Virus record (IMG/VR): IMGVR_UViG_3300050144_000021
Span: 1-44,795 of that record
Length of the DNA stretch: 44,795 nt
From: a virus
Taxonomy: Duplodnaviria > Caudoviricetes
Direction: 5' to 3' (one strand)
The notes below the pieces were generated by a model that did no database searches, was not told the origin of the DNA, and saw only the letters and a program-made list of their open reading frames with translations. A program made the position numbers and the translations under genes. Positions 24,019 to 33,200 of this stretch are shown here, one piece after another. Position 1 is the stretch's first letter; every line of letters begins with the position of its first letter.

Positions 24019-24527
24019 TGGGTGCAGCAGCATTACCGATTTTGATTGCAGCCACAGCCACGCAGGCTGTCGGGGCAATCCAGCAAGGGCGGGCAGCCAA
24101 CGCGGCTGCCCAGTCGAGCGCGCAGGCTATGGAGTACAACGCCGCAGCAGACCGTGCGCGTGCCGTTCAGGCGTCGGCTATGGCTGGCGTCAAAGAGGAC
24201 GAGCAGCGCAGGCAGGGCAGGGCGACTATCGGCGAGCAGTTAGCTTCGTCGGCTTCTGCTGGCGCTGGCTTAAACAGCGACCTTCTGCGCCAGTCCATCT
24301 TCAACGTCGATTCAGACACAAACGCGATCCGCTACGAGGGGCAGTTAAAGGCTGCCGGTCTGAACGACCAAGCTGCCATAAGTATGCACGAAGCCCGCGC
24401 GACAAGGTCTAGGGGTGGCTCTGCTGGGTCGGCTGGATACCTCAACGCAGCCGGGTCGCTTCTCAACGGCGCGACGGCGTATTACGCCGGGAAAAAGACG
24501 CCAGACAATACTAAAGGGATTTACTGA
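24018..24527 (+). CDS. Internal virion (ejection) protein, gp14-like
   Basis: Ala/Gly/Gln-rich with a hydrophobic N-terminus; position. Confidence 0.75.
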   Translation: MGAAALPILIAATATQAVGAIQQGRAANAAAQSSAQAMEYNAAADRARAVQASAMAGVKEDEQRRQGRATIGEQLASSASAGAGLNSDLLRQSIFNVDSDTNAIRYEGQLKAAGLNDQAAISMHEARATRSRGGSAGSAGYLNAAGSLLNGATAYYAGKKTPDNTKGIY

Positions 24528-27205
24528 TGCCTGCCATTCCTACCTATCAGCGCCAAGTCCTCCCACAAGGAGACCTTCCTGTTGCGCGCGCTAATCCCAA
24601 CGTCCCAGCGGACGACTCCATCGATCGATCTATGCAGGGCGTTGGGCAGGCGGGAATGGGCCTAGCTACGTCGCTGATACGGGACGAGGCCGAGCAGCAG
24701 CGTGCGGCTAAAAAGCAGCAGGAGGATGCTGCCGCCGTGCAGGTATCTAACGCGCTGTCTCTTGGTGATGTGTATTGGCAGGGGAATTTCACAAATGCGA
24801 CACAGGCGTGGAAGGTTGGCGATGCTGATCTCCGAGATACCTTGGGTAAAGATTTCGACTCGTGGGTAAATGAGAACGTTGCGATGCTTCCGACCGATGC
24901 GTCTAAAAAGTATTTTCAGCAGCACGCGGCGGGCATGAAGGCTCGTTTGCAGACGGGGGTCTATTCGTTTCAGCAGAAGGCCACCACCGCCAAGCTCGAC
25001 GCCGACACGTCGGTTGGCATGCAGGCCGACGAGAATACTGTTTTCAACGACCCGACGCGGTTTGATGATATTTTTAAACGTCGCATGGAGCCGTTGATCG
25101 CCCGCTCTGATTTGACAGAGGCCGATAAAATAAAGGCGGCGGCGAAATACAAAGAGCAGCTGCACGTCGCTGTTGAGCGCGGACAACTAGAGCGCGACCC
25201 AGCAGGATGGTACCGTGAGCGGTTTGGCGAGTTTAAGAAGCCGGGGGTGGCGGCGGCTGCTCCTGGCGCGGCAGCTTCTGGCAGCTCGTTTTCTTCCATC
25301 ATGGAGACCATCTTCAAGCGCGAGGGCGGCTACTCTGCCAGCGATGGGAACACGGGCGCTCCTGTTAATTTTGGGATCAATCAGAAAGCCAACCCCGACA
25401 TTGACGTAAAGAGCCTCACCAAAGAGGGCGCGGCGAAAATTTATAAGACCCGTTATTGGGACGCTATCGGCGCGGACAGCCTGCCTCCTGAATTGCAGGG
25501 CACCGCTATGGACGCTGCTGTTAATCAAGGCCCAGCGCAGGCGAATCGTTGGATCAAAGAGTCCGGCGGTGATCCCGTAAAATTTAACGCCTTGAGGCGC
25601 GCGCATTACGAGCGACTGCTTGAGGAACCTCGCAATAAGAAATACCGCAAGGCGTGGCTCGGTCGGTTGGCTGATTATGAAAATGCCGCCGCCTCCACAC
25701 CCGTCTCCACGCCTGCTGCCACGCCTGCCAGTTCGGAAGTCCCCACGCCGCCAGCGTCTTTCTCCAGCATGGACTACGAGAAACAGATTAGCCTGAAAAA
25801 CCACGCCGAGACCCTGATCAAGCAGACCGAGTCCATATTCAAAGCGCAGGCTGACCGCACGTTGCAGGACGCTGTGGCAATGCACAAAGACGGCATCGTC
25901 GACCCGCAGGAGTTGAGGCCTGAGTTCTTCCAGCGCGCCTATGGCCCTGACGCAGAGCGCGTGCGTAGCGAGTACTTGAATTCTCGCGACATGGCGTCGG
26001 ACATTGGGAAGTTTAAGAACCAGTCAGATGGGGAGATTGCCGGCACGCTGCAGGCCTCCCAGCCTGTAGTTGGCGATGGGTATGCGGCTGAAAAGCAACG
26101 CCACAACACGCGAATGCAGGCCGCGCACGCTGTGCTACAGGCTCGCAATAACGACCCCGCTGGTTTTGTTGCAAGCACAAACGAAAACCTGAAGCGACAG
26201 CGGTTGGCGCTGGATAACCCGCAGACACCACCCGAACAGCGACCAGCCTTGATGCAGCGATATGTGGGCGAGAGCTTGGCAGAGCAGCAAAGGCTTGGCA
26301 TCCAAAACCCGAGGGTGCTCACCCCTGGGCAGGCTGACGTCATCGCTAGTCGCGCCATGAAGGCCACGCGGCCAGAGGACTCTGCAAGTCTGATCTCTGG
26401 GTTGGAGTCAGAGTACGGCGCGTTCTTTCCGAAGGTGTTTAGTGAGTTGGTGAAGGACGGCAAGATTGGCGGCGAGTTGCTGCTCATCCCGAACCTGCCA
26501 AATCAGGCAGCGCGAGAGGCTGTATCGCGGCTGGCTCGGGTGAAAGAGTCGGACCTCACGCAAGGCTTGGATGCCAAAGCTATGAAGGACGCAAAGGATG
26601 CGGTGATCGCAAAGATGGGCGAGTTTGTTGGGGCTGTAGCTATACCAAACGAGCAGGCGGCCGGGACAGTCAACGCCTACGAGACAAGCCTGCGCAAGCT
26701 GGCCTACCAGTTTATGCAGGGTGGGCAGGATGGAACCACCGCCGCGAACAACGCTCACAAGATGTTGCTTGGCCACTACGTGTTTGACGGGACTATGCGG
26801 GTACCAAAAAGCATCGATCTGTCGCTAGTAAAGCGCGGCGCAAGTATGGCGCTTGATGCTGACCTGTCTGGCATTGATGCGCCGCGCGATTTGGTTGGTG
26901 CTCGAACACCGGCAGAGGTTGCGACAGAGTGGAAGAGCACCGTTCAGTCGCGGCCTTTGTGGTTCTCCAATGACAACGACAGCGGGATAACCCTGTTCGC
27001 TCAGGGAAGCGATGGCGTTCGCTACCGCGTGACTCGTGGCGGGCAGCCTGTGTCCTACACTTGGGATCAGCTAAAAACGACGGTAACTAAAGCCGACGAA
27101 GAGCGCAAGACGTTTGGTTCAAATGCGCGCGGAAAAATGCGAGAATACAACGAGCAGCGCCGGCAGGATTTCCTGCAGTTTAAACAAAAGAACGGGATCG
27201 AATAA
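24527..27205 (+). CDS. Internal virion (ejection) protein with an embedded GH108-type lysozyme domain
   Basis: IPTYQRQ start; REGGY..DG...NFGIN...YWD...DAAVNQG between Ala/Pro linkers (about 25290-25680). Confidence 0.85.
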   Translation: MPAIPTYQRQVLPQGDLPVARANPNVPADDSIDRSMQGVGQAGMGLATSLIRDEAEQQRAAKKQQEDAAAVQVSNALSLGDVYWQGNFTNATQAWKVGDADLRDTLGKDFDSWVNENVAMLPTDASKKYFQQHAAGMKARLQTGVYSFQQKATTAKLDADTSVGMQADENTVFNDPTRFDDIFKRRMEPLIARSDLTEADKIKAAAKYKEQLHVAVERGQLERDPAGWYRERFGEFKKPGVAAAAPGAAASGSSFSSIMETIFKREGGYSASDGNTGAPVNFGINQKANPDIDVKSLTKEGAAKIYKTRYWDAIGADSLPPELQGTAMDAAVNQGPAQANRWIKESGGDPVKFNALRRAHYERLLEEPRNKKYRKAWLGRLADYENAAASTPVSTPAATPASSEVPTPPASFSSMDYEKQISLKNHAETLIKQTESIFKAQADRTLQDAVAMHKDGIVDPQELRPEFFQRAYGPDAERVRSEYLNSRDMASDIGKFKNQSDGEIAGTLQASQPVVGDGYAAEKQRHNTRMQAAHAVLQARNNDPAGFVASTNENLKRQRLALDNPQTPPEQRPALMQRYVGESLAEQQRLGIQNPRVLTPGQADVIASRAMKATRPEDSASLISGLESEYGAFFPKVFSELVKDGKIGGELLLIPNLPNQAAREAVSRLARVKESDLTQGLDAKAMKDAKDAVIAKMGEFVGAVAIPNEQAAGTVNAYETSLRKLAYQFMQGGQDGTTAANNAHKMLLGHYVFDGTMRVPKSIDLSLVKRGASMALDADLSGIDAPRDLVGARTPAEVATEWKSTVQSRPLWFSNDNDSGITLFAQGSDGVRYRVTRGGQPVSYTWDQLKTTVTKADEERKTFGSNARGKMREYNEQRRQDFLQFKQKNGIE

Positions 27206-30200
27206 TGCCTATGTATCTTGGGTCTGATGACCAGGGTGTTTCCAGTTACTCATTGCAGGACTTCGAGCCTTCGTTTGGCGCAAAGATGAACGCTGCGGTG
27301 CGTGAGTCTTGGCTGGAGTCGTATGGCCCCGTTGCAACGGATTGGGCTCGCTCTCGCTTTGGTGGAGATGGTGAGCCGCGTCTATCTTCGCAGCAGGCTA
27401 TGGACTACGCAAAATCCAACGGCGGCGGCATAAAGCTGAATCTCACGCCGAAGGATGGCCAATACACCCAGCGCCAGTGGGCGACCATCGTTGATCGGCA
27501 GCGCGAGCTTGCTGCGGTGAAGGATGTTAGGGAGCGCACACCGTGGGACGCTGGTTCCATCCTGCGTGGTGGCGCCATGTTTGGTGCGGGTATTGTTGAC
27601 CCTTTGAACGTGGCCACAGCATTTGTGCCGTGGACTCGTATGGTTGGCGCCGCACGCAGTCTGCGGGCTGCCACCATGGCTGAGTCTGCTTTTACACGGG
27701 CAGGCGCTCGAGCTGGGCTTGGTGCCCTTGATGCTGGTATCTCAACGGCTGTATTGGAACCCGCATTTTCGTTTGGACGGAATGAGCTCGGCGACGACTA
27801 CAGCGCTATGGACTCCATAGCCAACATCGCCTTTGGCACAGCATTTGGCGGCGGCCTGCACGTCTTAGGCGGCGCGGCAGGGGATGCTTTCAAATCATGG
27901 CGCGGTCGTGCTTCGCCTATGATTACGCCCAACCCAACAATGGAAACAGCAGCTCCGCTGTCTGGCGCTGTGATCGGCCCTGACACCAAGGTGAAGGTTG
28001 GCGACGTCTACGAGCCTGCGCGCTGGTCCGTAGTCGAGGCCGATACCCTGCAGGCCACGGTAGATAAGGCTGACAACCAGTTTCGCGATCGCTCGCGGCC
28101 AGCCTATCAAGCTGAGATTCAGTCGCGCGCCAATGCGCTAGACCCAGCCTTGGTGCTGGGCGACTCACCCGTCATGGATATCGGCGCGCCGACGCTGGCT
28201 ACTGATGGCCGCATCGTTGGTGGCAATGGCCGCACGCTGTTTATCTCAAAGGCCTACGAAATTGGTAAAGGCGGCGACTACCGCGCGGCACTCGAGGCGC
28301 GTCTGGCTGATCTCGGCATCGACGTGGACGCCGTGCGCGGCATGAAGAAGCCCGTACTGGTGCGCCAGTTCACCCGAGACGTGGACGTCAAAAAAGCGGC
28401 CATGCTATCGAACGAAGGCGGCGCTACCGACATGTCTCCGCTCGAGCAGGCCAAGGTGGACGCCGAGCGATTGGGTGACGCGCGCCTGTCTGTGAGCTCT
28501 GACGGGGATATTAACAACGCCGACAACCGTGCGGCCATCCGTAAGTGGGTGGAAGCCCAGCCGGAGAACAAACGCAACTCGATCATGGACTCGGATGGCA
28601 AGCTGTCGCCCGAGGGACTGCGTCGCCTGAATGGCGCCATGCTGTTCAAGGCATACGGCGACTCGCCTGTGCTCGCTCGGCTGATTGAGGCTGTAGACCC
28701 TGGCAGCCGGAACCTTGCCCTTGCTCTTGGGAGAACAGCTCCGGTGGTTGCCAACTCGCGCTCGGCCATCGCGGCGGGTGACCTGCACCCACTGGATATC
28801 GCAGCAGACCTGCAGGCGGCAGTGGAAAAATACAACCAGATCCGCGCTGATGGGATGAAGGTGTCCGACTACATGGCGCAGCTCGATGCGTTCGGTGACG
28901 GGCTCACACCCGAGGCCACCATGCTGCTGGACTTCATGGGTCGTAACATCCAAAGCCCACGGCGCATCATGGACGCGATCACGGGGTTTGCCGATCGGCT
29001 GAACGAGGCGGGCAATCCGAAGCAGGCCGACATGTTCGGCGAGTCGCCTGTGCCCGACAAATCTCGCATGCTGCAGGACGCTATTGCGTCGGCAGAGGAG
29101 CGCATCGACAGCGCTGAGGAGATAGTGGCCTCGGTATCGCCTGAGACCCGTGAGGCGGCTCTGCGTGCGTCTGTGGCTCAGTCTTTGGACGGACGCAATG
29201 TGGACGTGGAGGCAATCATCGGGATGGACCCCGATCGAGCCACGCACACTGTGGCTGATGCTGAGGCGGCTGCCGATAGGAACTTCTCCCCATCTGAGGT
29301 CGCCGTTGCTGATGTGGATGCATCGGCTGCCGTGCAGCAGCGCTTGGACGCTGCCCCTAAGTGGGATGGCGTAAAGGACGCGCAGGCAGCGATGGCTGAG
29401 GCCGACGCGCTACTGGCTGATACCGTGAAGGCTGGGGATGATGCGTTTAAGTATTCCCGTGGCAAGGCCCCAGGTCAGAAGAAGGCCACGGTTTGGCAGG
29501 GAACGACAGCTAGATTCGCTGCGGAAGATGGCGCTCCGCTGGGTCGTTTTAATTGGAAAATGATCAACAGCGAAGCGGGCGAGCAGGCGCAGGCTGTCGG
29601 TTATGGTCACTACGTTGCGCAGCAGGCTTGGATATCTCAGACGCGGTATCGCGAGCGGCTGATAAAAATGAGGGGTGAGAGTAAGGCAGATTACGCCATA
29701 CCTGATGGTGTTGGTGGTGTGATGTGGTTAAATGCTAAAGCGAACGAGCCAGCTTGGGTGCTTGGTGATGGCACGATCGTTCACCCAAGTCAGAATAATC
29801 TTGAGTTTCAGGCGTTGGCGGTGGCGATTGGTCAGGTTGATGGGTATGGATATGCGCGAGCAAAGAATACTTTTGAGAACCTTTATAAGCAGGCAAAAAC
29901 CGAACTAGATAAATCTTTAAAAAGAACCGACGATTTAATTGCTGAATGGCAGAAGGATTTGGAAAAATCTACCGACGCTGTTGAGCGCGCCAGCATTCAA
30001 AGCTCAATTGATAACCTTTTAGAGGGCCGCAAGAGGCTTGTTATTTCTTTTGACCAGCGAGAGGGTAACAACCTCGCTGCTCTTGAAAAGGTGACGGTGC
30101 CAGACCCCTCGTCCAACGACGGCGTATTAAGCGTGCTTTTGGAGATGAAGAGTTCTCTTAATGCTAAAGGCGACACGAAATCTGACGCCTATAAGGATGT

Positions 30201-33200
30201 TGTTGAAGGTATAAAAAACGCCACAGGCTCCCGCGTCCTAGACCCCAACATCAAAAAATACGAGGTGCCACTGCCAGACAATTTCCGCACGCGGGTGGTG
30301 GCAGCGGGCGGCGAAGAGATCAGCGGCGATCTTGGAGCGTTTATTCTGGCGCAGGCTGACAAGAGGCGCGGCGTGTCGCAAACGCTGGGGCTCGAACTCA
30401 AGCAAGGCCCGACGCAGGTTGAAGGTGCAAACGTCAAAGTCGCGCCGATCGATCTAATCAACGGCACCAAGTTTGACGCCGAGCTGCAGGCGCTGCATGA
30501 CCGTGGCGTCACTGATCTCACCATCGAACGCCCAGGCTCCCTATACAAAGCTGAAATGTCGGCTGAGGATTTCTCGGGCTTGATGCTGTGGGACGAGAAA
30601 ATGTCGGAGCAGCCAGCAAAGGTTCGTGCTGCGTTTGAGTCGTGGGGGATTAAATCACCCGAGCCTGTTTGGGTTGATAAAAATGGTGCGCTTGAGATGG
30701 TCGACGACAGCGGTCGCGTCGCGTCAATTCGTGAGGATAAGCTGCCGCCGATTGATGATATTGTTAAGTATTTGAAGTGGGAGATATCGGACGCTCCGGC
30801 TGGGTCGCCAGCTTCCGTAATGATTAAATTTAAGGACGGGTCGGTTTCATATTTTGACAGTATGGCTGATGCGCATTGGGCCGCAACTAGAGAATATTCA
30901 GTCGACACTGGCCTTGATGATGGCGCGTTCTCCGTTACGTTTAATGGGGTTACTCACGGGAAAAGGCACGCCTCAAAAGAAGACGCCATTAATTTTGCTG
31001 AGAAGTATTGGGGGGTGGGGTCACCAACGGGTCAGTCGATGTATAAAAAGTTGACTGACAAAATAAACGAATCGCATTTCTGGAACCAGCATCAGGATTT
31101 GCCTATGTCGCAGGCCGCCTGGACTGAGGTTGAGTCTTTAAATCCAGATGTTGATGATTTAAATATATTGATAAAGAAAAATGATTTTGACTGGAAGCAA
31201 CGGGGTAACTTGTCAAAGTTAAAGACTGTTACATCGGTAATTAATGGCAAAAAGGTAGTAATTTCAAAGGAGCCAATGTCGCAAGTTTTCACGGTTTACG
31301 TTGACGGAGATGAAGTATCAAATTTTCCGTCGATGGATGAAGCGCAAAGCTATGCGACTAAGGATTTGCCTGTCAGGAATTATTCTGTGATTGTTGATGG
31401 GGAAAGTGTAGCTGAATTCCCATCGATGTCAGATGCTAAAAAATACGCAAATGAAGAGATACGCTGGCCATTTTTGGTAAGCAATGGCTACGTAAAAAAG
31501 GACTTCTTTTCAGCGTTTGATGGCGCTGTTTTAGAGCTTGAAAAACGCAGGGGTATTTCTTTCAAAGATGATGACTTTAACAACACCACATTTGCAAAAG
31601 AGGAAGAGCTCGCCAGCATCATGCTCCACAACGCCGGCGTCCCCGGCCACGCTTTCCTTGACGGCGCTTCTCGTGGCGACACTGATTTGCCTGCCTACAA
31701 CCTCGTCCTGTACTCCGACGACGTGGCGAAGATCATGGACCGCTATGCCCGACAAACCGGAGAAGTGCTGCGCGGTACCGACGACCCTGCTGGTTTGACA
31801 GAGGCGCTGCGTTTGTCTTTCGGTAAGTCCACTGATGCGCTGATCGAAACGGGTGGTGTGAAAATCGTGGCGACGCCCGATGACCTGCCATTTGGCCCGC
31901 ACCCTGGTGACGTGAAGGGCTTCTTTGCTCCTGATGGGGTTGCCTACATTGTGGCCTCTAATGTTTCCGAGCTTGAGGCTCGCGGCATGTTGCTGCATGA
32001 GGTTGGTGTGCACGCCGGCATGGAGAAGATGCTCGGCGCTGACGTGTTCCAGTCTGTGCTGCGTGAGTTGGACGATGCCATTGGTCGTGGCGAGGATTGG
32101 GCGCAGGCTGCGCGTGACCGTGTACCTGCTGACACTCCGGCTGGTCTGGTTCGTGAGGAGCAGCTTGCCTACTTGGTGCAGCACGCGCCCGAGCTTCCTT
32201 TGGTTCAACGGATAATTGCTGCCGTTCGCGCCTGGGCTTACCGCACGTTTGACTTGGCTCGCGAGAAGATGACGCTGTCGGAGGGCGACTTCCGGGCTAT
32301 GGCTGTGGCGGCGTTGCATGAGGCGGCGAGGGGTAATCGGGTTGGTGTGCTGGCGGGTGTGTACTCTCGCTCAGTCGATCTCTTGTCCGAGTGGTTTAGG
32401 AACACGGTACAGCCTTCCGCGCTCCGTGGGCCGATGGCTAATGGCGACGTATTTGCACGTATCCGGCACGCGGCTAGAACTGCCCCTGATGGCCCTCTGT
32501 CAAATTACGAGCTTCGAATGGTGCGGGTTGATGAAGTTAGCCCGTCGCAGTTTGGAGAGGATTACAACAACGATGCGTCATCCCGCACGGCGAGTAGCAT
32601 CAAAGCGGCCAAGTCAATTGACGAAATCCGTGATGCAGATGTGCTGCCTATCATTGTGACCAAGAATATGAAAATCCGCGACGGCAATCACCGCCACGCT
32701 GCCGCGATTGCCAATGGGGAGACGATGCTTCCTGCGCTGGTTGAGGTGGGGCCAGGGACGGGGGAGGTTATCAATCTTCAGGAAATCGAGCGGGCTTATG
32801 CAGCAGCAGAGACACCGCTCCGCTACTCCCGTGGCGAAACCCAAGACACCAGCACCACCAAGGACGAGCTAAAACCCTACAACGATGCGGTGAAGCGCGC
32901 CAAGGGCTACGCCTCAGTGCTCCGCTCTGCTGCCGACAAGCTGGAGAACGACGCACAGGCTGCGGCTGCCATGCGCGCGGCCATGCCGGATATCACTCCG
33001 CAGGAAATCACCGACCTATTGGATCAGCTCCGCAGGCAGGTTAAAGGCCTACGCGGCATGGCTCGCGCGGCGCGTGATGCGCTTGGTTCTGAGGATAAGT
33101 CGGCGATGCTGCAGGACGACGCCATGCATGCAGCGGATACGCTTGCTAACAATCTTGAGCTGGCGGCTGTCATCGAGAAGCGCAACGCATCGCTGAACAT

